Below are positions 12,570 through 27,500 of a stretch of 64,000 bases of DNA, one piece after another. The stretch is taken from contig MU054096.1 in the NCBI GenBank assembly GCA_013239625.1, positions 17,085 through 81,084 of the forward strand, given 5' to 3'. Within the stretch, counting starts at the first letter, position 1; each line of letters opens with the position of its first letter. The stretch is from Lama guanicoe. Its lineage: Eukaryota. Position numbers and translations under genes: made by a program. The notes below the pieces were generated by a model. It saw only the letters and a program-made list of their open reading frames with translations. It did no database searches and had not been told where the DNA came from.

Positions 12570-15500
12570 CTACAATTCAAAAAACAAAGCAATTTTATTA
12601 TATTTTCCCGCAATTAGCATCGTTCCTCAGCTTTTAACATTCTGTGCAAAAAACTATTAAGTTCACAGAGACAGTTTTTCCCCGTCACAACGCCCCACGT
12701 GCCAGTCCTCTGACCCACTCCTTTAATGGCACTCGTACATTACAGCGTTACGCTGTGTCTGTGGGCGTGGGAAGTCTCATCACCTCAAAAAGCTAAAATA
12801 AGTCTTACTGACTGAAAAATAGGAAAAGTACTGAACCTGTGATTCCACTTTTTAGGTCACCCCTACAATTTTCAAATAAATAAAATGAATCTAATGTGTT
12901 GGCATATGGCAGGCATCCCTTCTTCTGGCCAAAAACTAAACAAATATGGTAAGCCTAAACAATCACCATGAAGGTCTGAAAACCTGAAATTAAATGGCAG
13001 CTGTGTGTACGAAGTCATCGTAAACATGATGTTCAGAATCATCTCAAAATACTTATACATTAACAAAGGATTCTAATTTCAAAATTAGAACATTAAATAT
13101 TTATATTTACTATTAGCACTAGCTATACTTTTCAAAGTATCTTCAAATACTTCTGTTTTTTAAGCCACTCAACAACTCAGATCAAAATGGTAGAAAGAGA
13201 TGTTTTCCTATTATCATTGCACAGATTTACCAACATTTCAAGAGGTTTGATTATCAGATTTACACAAAAAGACAGTGTTGAACCAGAATTCAAGTCGCTA
13301 TTCCTACTAAAGTTTGATGTTCACAATGTCACTTTTTAAGTGCACTGAATATATATGGAATTGCATCAATGATTTTTAATAAAAAGCATTTAATTACTTA
13401 TCTATACTAAAATGTCTTTGACAGGTTGAAAACATTCTGAAGTAGCTTGACTTCAAAATAATACTAATTCACATTATTAATACCAATGCCCTTTTACTAA
13501 ACAACCTTGATCTAGCACAAATTTAGATGCTTATATCTACTGTCTGACTTAACAGCCAGAGCAATGCTGAAAGGTAGGAATTGTTGTTCTTAGCGCCACT
13601 TAGTGCTTAAAGGCACGGACTCTGGAACCACATGGCCTCAGTTCAAATCGTGGCTTCATTATGTGCTACCTGAGGAGCCCGGAGCAAGTTATACAATCTC
13701 TCTCTGCAACAGTTTTCCTACCTGTAAAATTAGGATTTTAATAACATAGAGAGAAATAAATAATACTAAAATCTGAATAAGTTAACATATGCAAATGTAG
13801 GATAACACAGTGATGAACAACTGATGTTTATCACTATTTAATTTTCACAACCACCCATTTTATACATGAGGAAACTGAGGCTCAAAGAGAATGAGTGATT
13901 TGCCCAAAGCCTCACAAGGAGAAATTAACAGAGTTCATCATGAATCTGGAGTTGCTTAATTCTAAAGCCCAAAATCCTTACCAAAACACAATACTGCACT
14001 GCCAACAAAGAAAAATCAGGCCCAGATCATTTCATTTATAAACTCAGCCTGACACTTCAGGGATAAAATACCAATTATGCACAAACTCTACCAGAAAATA
14101 TTAGAGAGAACACTTCCCAACTCATTTTATGAAGCCAATGCTACCTTGAACCAAAGCCAAAGAAAACCACAGAACAGTATTGCAATGAGAATATTATCAA
14201 CAAAAATTACCAATAAAATATAAATCAATTAAATCCAGAGATATATAAAAAGGACAACACATGATGACCAAGTCGGGTTTATGCCACAAGTACAAGGCTG
14301 ATCTGATATTTAAAAATCAATCAATACTAGAGTTCACCAGATCAGAACATTAGAGAAGGACAGTCAGATGAGCATCTCAATAGTTGTATAAGAAAAGTCT
14401 GACAAAATTCAACAAAGTAGAAAACAGACATCTCCTTAACCCGATAAAGGGCATCTATGAAAACCTACAACTAACTTCCTGCTCAGTGTTAAACGGCTGC
14501 CTGCCTTTCCCATAAGATCAGAATCAAGGCTGGGTGTTGGCTACACTTACGGTGGTCATTTCACAGTACATAACAAACATCAAATCATTATGGTGCACAC
14601 CCGAAACTAACATAACGTCCTATGTGAATTACATCTCAATTAAAATAAAGAAGAGAAATAAAAGAGACAGCAGTCTTGTTAACATATTGCTAGATACTTT
14701 GAAGAGATTGTCAGATAAGCACATGTTTAATGTGCCTTGCTTAACTGAATTTTAAAAATAAGTCAGGAACAATTTTTGTTTTCTTCTTCCTTTTTTGAAA
14801 GAAAGCACATTAAGTGCAATAGCTTGGAAACAAATACCTAGGAGTAATATGACAGAAGACACGAAAGACCTACGCAGGGAATATATAAAATTCTGTCACA
14901 GAGTCGTTTAAAGAAGACTAAAATTAATGGAGAGGAAGTCCGAGTTCATGGATCGGGATTCTCAGTACTATATAGATTTCATTCTTCCTAAACTAAGTTA
15001 TGTAGTTCTGATCAAGTGGCTCTTCATATTTTGGGTAGAACTTCACAAATTGAGTATAAATTAATGCAGAAATTAAAAGGGCCAAGAGGACCTGTGGAGT
15101 TTGATACAAAAGAGAACCGAGTTTTCTGTAGTATAGTAAGAATTATTATAAGGCTATAGTAATTCGGACAAGGTAGTATTGACTCAAAGATACACAAAAA
15201 CAGAAGAAGGCAAGGAGGTTCACTCTCACCATTCCTACTCAAGACTCAAGACTAAGTAAGTACAATAGTGGCATACAGGTTTTTGTGTGAACATAATTTT
15301 TAATTTCTCTTTGACAAATTCCTCGAAGTGGAATGACTGGATCCTCTGATGAGTATATGTCTAATTTCATAAAAAAAAAAAAAACCCGCAAGCCAATATT
15401 TTCCAATGTGCTCTCACCATAAATGTATAAGAGTTCCACTTGTTTTGCATCCTCACCAGCATTTGGAGTTGTCAGGGTGTTTTTAATTAGGCATCTTAAT

Positions 15501-18500
15501 TAGGACGTAGTGATAGCTCAGTATAGCTTTAATTTCCATGTCCCTAAAGACCACCAGTGTTGAACAGTTTTCATGTACTTACTTGCCATTTGTGTATCTC
15601 CTTTAATGAAGAGCTTATTCAAAATTTGCAGATCATCTATCTGACAAATTTTTATTGGGTCATTTGTGTTCCTATTATTGAGGTTTTTTTTATTATTTGT
15701 ACTATTGATACGAAGTCTTTGACAGGTAGACGATCCGCAAATATTTTCTCCCAGTCTGCAACTTGTTTTTTCATTCTTTTAATCTTTCATAGAACAGAAG
15801 TTTTAAACTTCAATGAAGTTTAACTTATTAATCTTTTCTTTTACATATTATGTTTTTAATATTATGATTAAGAAATATCTGCCTAACCCACAGAAAACAG
15901 TCCAGCTATTCTGCTGAAGAGGCCACACAGAAAAGAGTGATCCTGGTGACTGAGAGGCTGAGTTCCAGCCATGCGGGTGAGACGCCTTGGAAGCGAACTC
16001 CCAGGCAAGCCAAGGCTCCAGAAGATGCATGAGAATGTTAGCAAACAGAACTGAACAATTCATTAAAAGGATCATACACCACAATCAGATGGGATTTATC
16101 CCAGGGATGCAAGGATGGTTCAACATCCACAAATCAATCAATGTCACACACCACATTAACAAACTGAAGGAGTGAAAACCATATGATCATCTCAATAGGT
16201 GCAGAAAAAGCTTTTGGCAAAATTCAACATCTACTTACAATAAAAACTCTCAAAAGGGGCACAGAGGGAACATACTTCAATATAATAAAGACAACGTATG
16301 GTCTTTATTTACTTTCATCATTTACTTAATGATGAAAAGCTGAAAGAATTTCCTCTAAGATCTGGAACAAGACAAGGATGCCCACTCTTGCCACTTTTAT
16401 TCAACACAGTATTGAAACTCTAGCTACAGCAATCAGACAAGAAAAAGAAATCAAAGAAATCCAAATTGGAAAGGAAAAAGACACTGTTTCAAGATGATAT
16501 GATACTATATATAGAAAATCCTAACAATGCTACCAAAATCATTAGAACTAACAAATGAGTTCAGTAAAGTTGCAAAATACAAAACATAAAGAAATCTGTT
16601 GCATTCTATGTATTAACAACAAACTATCAGAAAGAGAAATTAAGAAAACAATTCCATTTACAACTGCATCATAAAGAATAAAATACCTAGGAATGTATCT
16701 AAACAAACAGATGAAAGACTTGTACTCAGAAAACTATGAGACACTGATGAAAGAAACTGAGATGACACAAACAAACGGAAAGATCTACTGTGCTCATGGA
16801 TTGAACATAATATTGTTATATAACCCTATTACCCATGGTAATCTGCAGACTTAATGCAATCCCTGTCAAAATACAAAGAGGCATTTTTCACAGAACTAGA
16901 ACAAATAATTCTAAAATTTTTATGGCACCACCAAAGACCCTGAATAGCCAAATTATCTTGAGACTACTGTTCTCATCTTTTTCTTGATTCAAGTTTCAGA
17001 ACTGCACAATGACCCACCAACAGTCATAAAATCATTAATCTTAACATTTTTTAGCAGTTGGATTTGACTGAATTTGCTTCAATATCTCTTCATTTTACAT
17101 AACCCAATGGCAATACAAGGAAGCTGCCGTGGACTTTAACAGAAAATATTTTTGCTTTTTTAGTAACATGAGAGAAATTTCATAAATGCCACAAATTCTA
17201 AGGCTCTTCCTCCAGCAATAGATGCTATGAGGGTATGCAATACAGGTGACTCAATATCCTGCAGTCTTTTGCGGGCACTCAAAGTTCTGTGCCAGCTCAA
17301 ACTCTAACAGACACTATATCTGATTAATAGGAAATAAACTACAGAGCAGGTTCAAAGCAAGATGGGGCAAGACCTGACTAACTCATTTTTCCTGTAATGA
17401 CACAGACTTCTCTGCAGCAGTTGAGCCCATCAACAATGATTTAAGTCTTCTAATTCCCTGGAAAGAGTTAAAATGCCAAGAATGCTGGCCATACAAGACA
17501 GCTCTCATTTGATTTCTCAAACTTTGGTGGTATACAAGAAAGTAAAATCCTTCCTTTCAGTCCCTCTGGGTGACACTGTTTGCTGAGATGACAGTGGGAA
17601 CTGCTTGGATCTTTCTTCATTTATGGACCTGATTTCCATCTTTATCTTCAGTTCCTCCTGTGTTAAAGCACTCTTTTCACACAGTCTTGGTTATCATCCC
17701 AAGATTTCAAAATTCATTCATTTACTTGTTCATGTATTCTTCTATATAGTCAATAAATATTTATTAAGTGCTTCCAGAGGAACAAAGTCTAGGAAATTGG
17801 CTTCCCTTACCTCAAGGAGAGGATGTCAAGAAACCAATGTCTCATGTACTATGAGTAAGGCAAGCCCAGTGACTAAAGGAGCCCACACTCAGAACACATC
17901 TGATGTGGTGCGGACATCAAAGATGCCACCTGGAAGAGTGGGATTAGAACTGAGCAGCAGAAGGGCATTCCGGACAAACATGCTGAAAGCCACGAGGAAC
18001 ACGACCACAGCCTGGGCTATTCGGGAAACAGCCATCTGTCCCATGAGTCCAGAGCAAAGGGCAGGAGTGAGATCAGGAAGAAAGGGTCTTGAGTGCCCTC
18101 AGGAATCTAAAATTTATCTTCAGTGCCAGGGGGAGCTGCTTGAAGGATTTTAACTAGGAAAAGGATAAAATCACATTTCTGACTTGGCATGCCTAAAATC
18201 GCACCTTAAATTTCCTCGCCTAATTCTCTGCCAGTCGTGTCACAATCTTCACAAACTCACTCTTTCCCAGCTGTTCTTACTCCTCATTAATTGCCCAGCA
18301 ACCAGTTTTTTCAAATAGTGACGTCAGATCTCTGTGGATTATTTTCTCAGTCATAAAATCATTTTACGTTCGTTGAAAATAATGGCAGCCCGTCAGTGCC
18401 CTGCAGACAACCGCTTTAGTGGAGAGAAACTGGACTAGGGTAAAATTCTGTTCTGAGATTTATCACTGCTCCTTTGTTTGAAACTAGAAAAAATACTGCG

Positions 18501-21500
18501 TCACTTAAAGCCAAAGAGTCTCAGAAATCGAAAATATTTACACAACATTAAGGCCTACCTGCTTCAGTTGAAAATATTGTGATCAACAGAAAAAATGTTG
18601 AAGGACACGAATGGCTGGATTGTTTATAGGCCTCCATACATACAGCTGTCACCCGTATGTCACAGACTTCATTAAGTGAGTTCAGCAATGTGCTCAGGTG
18701 GCGGTCATAAGAGCCTCTGCTGGTGAAGCAGGGTTCCACAGAAAGAAAAACCTAGAAACCACTGACCTGGGAATTAAACGCTCAAGCACCTCAAGACTTT
18801 ATTCTCTTTATTTATTTACTTGATTCTCTCAAATGGGCAAAATATAACTCAATCATTAAGAACTACACTAGTCACCGCCCAGCACAACGGCCACTAGTCA
18901 CACTGGGATATTTAAATTAATTCAAATTCAACAGAATTGAAAATTCAGGTCCTCAGTCACACTGGCCACATTTCAAGTGCCCAACAGCCACATGTGGCTA
19001 GTGGTTGCCATATTGGGCAAAGCAGATCTAGAACATGCCCAGTGGCGCAGAAAGTTCTACTGGACAACTCTGCCCTAGAGTAACATTCAGACTCAAGTGG
19101 AAAATGTTAAGATGTTTCTACTTACTGACTGTCACTCTGTCCTTGTCCCCCAACATAATGTTGTTTGGCGTCAGGTCTCTATGGACAATCCTCTTCTCCT
19201 TGTGCAGGTACCGAAGAGCCAAGCACAGCTTCAAACAGCAAATAACAAACAAATGTCACTGCCCCGATATATGTAGATAGATAGACAGACAGACAGACAG
19301 CCACTCATAACCACTACACTCGGCTGTGGGCAATCAGCTCAGAACTTCACTGTTTCATGGAAGAAGTTAATGAAGATAAAAGTGTACCTGTATAAATATC
19401 TTCCATAGTCTCTCTTCAGAAAAATGATGTTGTTTCTCCTTCAAAGAACTGAAATGTTCTCCAAGAGGGGCCCCTTCTATAAGTTCCATAACTATATACA
19501 AACTATCATCTGTACAAAACACAAGAAAAAGGTAATGGAAATTTACACTCAATACAGACATCTTGAGAAAACTTCTGAATTAGAATCCAAGCTTCCCTAA
19601 AGAGCTGAGAGATGTGCGAAGCTATGGACCCATTCAGCTCCGGAGGGGGTGGGCGGGAGGGGGTCTTGGGGCAACTGGAGCCCAGCAACAATCTCTTCCA
19701 GCTGCAGGCAACCTCCAAGCTTAAGTGTATGCTGGCAAATATTAACATCTTCTACGCACACCAGGATGTGGAACAGCTGAGAAGCACCAAAGAGAGCAAG
19801 TAAATGACCCCAAGTCATGGAGGAGTCCCTGAAGAACGGCTAAACCCACCTTCCTCTCAGTGGTCTAAATGTCACCTAAATCAAGCCAGACGCTCAGAAA
19901 ATTGCATTTTAAACTACACTGTTCTTTAGTCTCAGATTTACCTTAGATTCTTCTACGGTGAAATCATACCATGGTTTAGCAATGACATAGTTGGACACAC
20001 CACCCATGAGAGGAATTTCTGCTATGGCCCCTCAAGAACTAAGAGAGCTGACATCTCCTGCTTTCAGCTTATGGATCCTGGGAATCTCACAGCTGACAAT
20101 TTGTCTCTTTGCTTAATATGCCCAGCAACAGAAGTAATTTCTCCTTTCTCCTCCAACACCAACATGAAACTTGTCACCAACAGTATGCGATGTGTATCTT
20201 TCATCATGTTTTGGATATATGTTTATAATAGTTACAGAAATGAAAACACACTTACACTTTTTTCACTCAATTTTTTTTTTGAGTTTTTCTTTTATTAGAG
20301 GTGTTTTAATCCTCAGATTTTCCCCACATTTATTAGAGCCATCCATGATCTCATTCAACACTCTTCTATGTCAGCACACACAGAACCATGCCATTCTTTC
20401 TGTTGGTCATACGGTATTCCATAATACCGATGGATCACGATTTATTTAATCATGCTCCTAAAGGCTGGCATTTATATTGTTTCCTATTTCTCATAATCCC
20501 AAGATGCTTACTGTACGTACTAACCTTACCTCTAGCTTTATTTTTAATTTGATCACCTTTTACTTCTTTTTATCACAATTTCCTAATCTATTTCATTATA
20601 CTTTGGTTATTTTTAAGCCACCTCTTATTCTTTTTGGGAGAAGCCAAGGTATTAAGAGTTATTTTGTTTTTAAATTAAGACAAGTTGTATCACTTCAGCG
20701 CAAGTCACAGCCAATCTAGAGCTCCTTATGATGGGATATGCACTAAATTATGGGAAATTATTCTACTATCGAGAACAAATGGCCAAGGGGACAGGATTTA
20801 CTCGAGAGTTTCAGCACTGAGTTCCTCTGAGTAACCAGAGGAAGGGAGCTGGGTAAAAGAGAACCTGCCAAAGTACACAACAAGTTTGCCTAACAAAAGC
20901 GCTGATAAAGAGGCGCTAGGGAAGCCCCTTCAAATGCAGATTTATTTTGAAATTTCACATGTGAGGCACAGCATTAAGGCTTATCAATATTACTTCAAAG
21001 GTCCTACTTTATAAAATTTTTACTTATTATTTTTTAATTTTTTTTTTTTGGAGGAAGGAAGTAATTGGGTTTAATTTTAGGGTTTTTTTTTTTTTAACGG
21101 AGGTGCTGGGGACTGAACCCAGGACCTCAATGTATGCTAAGCGGGCACTCTGCCACTGAGCTATACCCTCCTCACAAAGGTCCTACTTTTTTTAAACAAG
21201 TGACCGACTATTTATCACAACCATTTGATTCCATATTCCATCATCCTACAGGAGGAGCCTGCCTGTCTGCAGAATCAGTCAGGGCTCCACCGCCACCGTG
21301 TGGCAATTAACTGAACTTAAAATCTCCAAAACCCAGCCCAATTTATTGGGGGAGGGGGGTGGAAAATGTCATCTGATTCAATAAAAACAACTTTTAATTT
21401 TCCTTTAGTTTTCTTTTCCCCTGACCCTATTAAGGACTTTTTGTATATGAAAATGGCAACAATTACTCTTTTGGTTTGTTCACGCAGTCTCTCACGCAGG

Positions 21501-24500
21501 AATCTAAGTATCTTATAACTATCTTTCTGTCATTGATTATCAGTGTTTCATTTATTAAGAACGTGATGCACAACATCATACACTATAACATAAACAACAA
21601 AAAAGTAAAGAAAATAGTTGATTAAGCTTGTTTTGTAACATTCAAAAATAAAAATATGTAAGTGACATAGATACCATTTCCTTAACATGAAATCTCATAC
21701 TTACTTTCCAGAAATGTTTTGTAATAGCGTACGACGTTGGGATGATAAAGCTGTAAGAAAATCAGTAACAAACATTACACTACTTCAAAATACAAGCTTG
21801 TTTTCACAGACAATTTAGCTGGACGTCGTATTTGAAAACAACAGAGAAAGTATCATGCCCATATTTATTTATAAAACTAAGCACTTCGAGATAACATCTA
21901 ATTTTTTCATGATTTTTTTTATTTGCGGCTTCCAAAACTGTTCTGAAAATAGCAATGCCCGAATAGCCTCATCCAACAGAATTAAAAACTGACTGTGCTT
22001 TATCATCTACTTTAATTGAAATACAGGATTGCAGAACTAGAAGGAATCTGAAGAATTCATTTAGCCACCCCTGTTCTAAAACCACACACACACTGCAGAG
22101 AAAACTGAAACAGAGCAATTAATTTTGAACAAATACTTCTATGCCCTTAACCGCTCCCTGCTACTTAAGTATTTATATACACTGTTTGTGTCTATTTGGT
22201 GTCTTTCTATGCTCTCCAAACTGACTAGTGTGAAACTGTAATAATCCAAGAGTTACGAACTCCATTTACCATTTAAATTATAATAATAGTTGACAAGCAC
22301 TCCCTCCCAGAACAAAAACCTAGGTCAGGCTCCTCTGAGCCCTCCTCTCGCCAGGTCTCCTTGGCCTGCCTGGATTTAGCAAGAATCCTGCTAAGCCAGT
22401 TTAATGAGAATCTCCGCACTCTTGATACCCAGTCACGCTCTAAGAACCCCCTCCCCTGCATCCTTGTTATCTAATCTAGTTTTTCTTACCCTAACCTGAT
22501 ACCTAACCAAATTCCTGTTAGTGATTTTCCATTCTTCCACCCCCTGCCCCGCCTCCGGCCCTGCCTTTTGGTTGTAAATCTCCAGCTATCCTGTTTTGTT
22601 CAGAGTTGAGTTTAATCTCTCCCCTCTATTGCGACAGTTTGATTCCTATTGCATGGTCCTGAATAAAGTCTTCCTTGCCATCTGAAAGTCCTCATCACAA
22701 GGAAAAAGCATGTAATTACGTGCGGCTGTGGATGTCAGCCAGACTTAACTGTGGTGATCATGTCACAATATACACAAATATTGAATCAGCATGTTGTACA
22801 TTTGAAGCTAGTATGTCAGTTATACCTCAAAAAAAGTATCCAGAACAGTTTCTCTTTGACATAGTTTATCTCAGAATGTAATGGGGAAATTCTATTTTTT
22901 TAAAAAAAGGAATAATTTTCCACAAGAATACTAAATTTTTGTAGTTTATTAAGAATTTGAGTTTCTAAGTAAACTGAAATTTGCTTTTCTGAGAATAGTC
23001 ACTGGTACATCCGTAAATGGAGTGCATCTCTTTCTGGTCTGTCTCTCTAGCCATTTTGAAGGAGAGTCTGCCAGCTGTCTACCAAAAATCTGCCCTCACA
23101 CTCCTCCACCACAGCCGAGCTGCAGCGGGACATGGCCTCCCCATCACAGACCACATCTCTCAGCCTCTCTTGCAGCCTCAAGTGAGCTCACCACTCAGTT
23201 CTCCCCAACAGAGTGCGAGGGGAAATGTGTCCTCCTGTGGGTGAACCCTGAACACTGGCCGCACCCACCGGGATAGAAACGTGGGCTGCAATGGGACAGA
23301 AAGAACGGGCCTCGCTGTGGGGCCGCGTGGAGCCGAGCCCCGCAGCCTGGCCTCGCTGAGCCATGAGGCCTCCCCTTCAGGCCCACGAGCTGCAGAGCTT
23401 CTCTGTTACTGCAGCCTCGCCTTAATACTGACACGCCCGACCCTCTCATCCTAGTCCCATTTCTGTCCCTTCTGTCTGCCATTACCTCCTCCTTTTAGAC
23501 TTCGCCTATCCTTTCCGTGGGCTAAAGCCCACGGCGAGAGGACAGTGCTACAATTTTGAACTTTCTCAAAGTTCGAGCAGAGGCCTCTTCTGAGGCCCCA
23601 CCCTGACACTTTTCTTTCCTTAGAAGACAGACTAAAACCAATAGCTACCTCATCAGTGAGTAAGTGGTCAACGGATTTTAAACAATATGGGACCAGGTAA
23701 GCAACAGAATCATATTCTAGACCCAGCTCCCTGGCCAGGGCTATATCCAGATTTGGGTTCAGATGAAGACACTAGATCAGCTTAGAGCAAAAACCAAGCT
23801 CTCGCCTTGGGCTGTAGTGAAACATCACGCTGTCAAAGGCTCAATGATCAGAACACAAGCAGACACGAACTTTTAAAAATCTAATCTATTTGTACATAAA
23901 AGTCAACTAGGAAGCAATCTATTAATGATATGTACTTTAAATTATAAATTGGAGTAGAACTGTAGATTTCAATGAATAAAGATCATATGTATGGTGTTCT
24001 TTATGTCGCAGCACAGATACTATGCAGACTTAACTAGTGGAAAACAAAGAGCCAGGGACTGACGGGCCTCCACAGGAGAGACAGGTGAACAGAATTCGTA
24101 ATGAACGTACAAACAAGAAAAGCTGAAGAAGAAACCGACGTGCTCTTTGATCACAAAAGCAAATTCCATTTCTCTTCTGACATGTTTATTCTTTCTTCCG
24201 AAACAACTCTTCAAAATGATAGTTGAGTTGTTACATTATGTTAGAATATTTCGTTCATGCCAGTAAATAACCCACCTTGAAAATCCACAGTTTGTATTAA
24301 GTAAGCCAGACCTGAGGAATGTTAACACCTTGGTTCCACGTGACAAAAGTCAGGGAAGTCTTGGTCATGCTCTTATACATCTAACTAAGTAACCAAATAT
24401 TCTACAATATAATCAGAAGGGAACGGGTGTGCTTACAATGGAAAGAGAAGGACTTCTCATAAATGATACTCTCTGGGCTGTAAACTCAGCTGTCTGCATC

Positions 24501-27500
24501 CCTGGCCCTGACACAACTCCGGAAACTTTCTGGGGTTCAATGTTAAGCCTTAGGAGAAAACCTGGTAACTGACATCACCTCAAGGTCAATTGTTTTAAAC
24601 ACAACCAGTTCGTACACAGGGACGAGAATGGCACAAGAACTCTACTTTCTTTTGATGACATTTATTTAAGGAAATCATCTTCATGAACAAAAACATTTAC
24701 CTGCTCTTTAATTATGGTTAATTCAGAAACAATATTCCTTACACTGCTGTCCCGATCTTTTTTATCCTTTCCAAACGCTGGGTTATGTAAATTGACCTCT
24801 TTCATTGCTAAAAGATTTTGACCACTACGCTTTCTAACCTAAAATAAAGAAGATAAAAAAAATGAACGGGTTGGGGGTAGAGAGAGGAAGAAAGCGATTA
24901 GATTAATAAAGTCACATGATTAATCCAAGTCATCTAAATCAGTCACATATTTTGAAAAATTCACTTTCTATCTACACTGAGATCAGCTCAAAACATTGGT
25001 ATCTCCTAGATCAGTCTGCAATACTTAGTTAAGATTTTACTGGGAAATAGAGAAACACTGGTGTAAATTTAAGAGAATGGACAAGCCATTTTGACTACTT
25101 TTATGAAAAACTAATGATAGCTTTTATCTTTCAAGGTCAGTGATCAGTTTCTAGAGCTGAGAGCTAAGATAAGACAACATCAGTGCAACCATCTGTTGGA
25201 CAAAACCAATCATTCTGATTTTTGTATCTTTGTTCACTTGACGAGGGCTCGAATTCACTTGCGTATGGGTGCATGAGGGGGACCCTGGATTTTTTGGGAC
25301 TATCCAAAATGTTGGTCAAGGGCAAAGTCACCTTGTAAACGCAACCAAAAGCTCCACTTCCAAGATGATCCAAAATTGCGTAGTTGCCTATATATTTCGA
25401 AGGAGCTTTATTCTGATTAATGCTTTCGATATTCTCAGCAATTTGCCTCAGTTCATCCTCCTAACCAAAAAATAAAAGGGAATGGGTTGCTATGATAAAT
25501 CCATCCTGACCACAGAGCAGCCTGCCGAAGTATTTAAAACTCAAGACTCACCACTAATAAATTCAACTTTGATACCAATTCTTCGTAAGCAGCGATATCA
25601 CGAACGTAATGTCCAATATCAATGAAGATCTCAAACAAGTCGGTGGGGAAAAGTCTACATAGAAAAACACACATACATGCGTCAAGTAGGACTTGGAAAC
25701 TGGGGCCTGTTTCTCCCCTTTTGGACCCAGTTCACTCACAGGTTAGTTACGTTACATACACTATCCAACAAGTAGGGGAAAATAACCCTCACTGACTTAC
25801 CTCGCAAACGTAAACTACAGCTACAGTTCTTAAAGGGTAAGGAAAATGACTGGGAAGGAAAGTTCTAGAGACCTGCTGTACGACACTGTGCTTACGGTTA
25901 AGGACACTGTGCTACACACTTAGAACTCCGCTAAGAGGGTAGCTCTCATGTTATGTGCTTTTTGCCACGACAGGGAAAAAAAAGATATGACACAGATTTT
26001 TACAGAAACCTTATTTGTAAGACAATCAGGGGTGCAGTATTAAACACAGTAGGAATGAATGTTTACTGGGTGTTTATTGAGCCTGGGGCATTTTCACAAA
26101 TGCCATTTGATTTAGTCCTTATATTAACCCTAGAAAGTAAACATTAACCTAACTTTGAATGTTTTATGAAAATAAAATTAAAATACAGGTGAAGAAAAAA
26201 AAATGAAGAGATTCTGCATCATTTCCAAGGTACTGGCTTCAAAGATTTATTAAAATCTTTGAATCCACTGAAATGGATGATTTGGGGCCTTAAAATGAAA
26301 GGTTATAATGAATAACTAATTTTACTTCCTTTTCTTCCCCTAAATTCAAGTGTCACGTAGAAATAAAAGTAAAAACATAAAATATCCCACGCTTCTGGAC
26401 AAAAGATGTTGTATTAACTCCAGGTGTTCTTTCCATCCTGCCTCACCAGTAACCTTCCAGTAAGAACTCGGGCCTACGCCTGCAGCTAAGCTGGCCACCT
26501 CTGTCTCAGTGGCGTGCAGACACACCTGTGGGAAACCAGTGTCTGCCTCCCAGGGTGGCGGGTTCTCTGTCCTGCTCACCACACGGCCTTCTGATCCGGG
26601 AACATCCAGCCGCCTCCCCTTCACATGAGTTCCCACCCTGCGAAGGACACCCAGACAAACACTTCCTTTCTATTGACTAAAAGGAAATGACCAGGTCAAC
26701 TCTGGTCCTCTCTGAATGGGCCAAAACAGGCACACAGTTTTATTTCATCCATTTAAAATGTTAATGTCTTTAAAAAAAAAAAAGAGAGAGAGAGAGAAAA
26801 CTGAAAAATCACAGCGGTCACATGTAATTACAAGAGTTGTCCTGATACAGTGATATCTGTGCTTTCCTCATATTTTGTGAATTGTCAGTGTTCAAACATC
26901 ACTAGGACCACTCAGGGTCTTTTTATCAGTGATTTTTAAAAATCTGAAGACACATGTTTTGCATCCTGATTCTTTCTCACTGTTGGCAGCTAAAGCAGCT
27001 ATGTGTGAACAGCTGAATCCGATGATCATTGGTGACTTAAATTTTTCTAAGCTCATACCTTTTAAAGAGGGGTCTGTTTCTTTCCATACTGAAGAGAAAT
27101 CTCAAGGCTCTGAATGCGTAACACTGGAAAATAAAAAGGATGTGTGAGTCTCAGATTGTAGTCCAACACAGTAAAATATTTTCAGGACAGACTATCATGA
27201 AGTGAACATTAACGTGGGTTTACTTGAGTGTGGCTGGTCCGCATGGGAGCCAGATCTTGCAACTGAAAACAAAATACAACAGCACCTGGGCTGGTTCTCA
27301 TGTTTAAAAAGCATTTGTGTTGTGGAAGGCAGGGTTCTGGGCCTTGCTTCACTCAGTGCCCGTCATTAGCTCCTTGCCAGAAAGTACACAAGGAACAGAG
27401 ACAAGAAATAAAACTCCTCTGCTGAGAAAACTGAACGTCCTAAGATTTCCAGGAGCTCGAGGTTTGTTTTGATTCTAGCCTGCTGTGTATTTCTCAATAT

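Noticed and set aside
17605..18153. 182-aa ORF
   Set aside because: Largely overlaps L2-like sequence; no domain signature.
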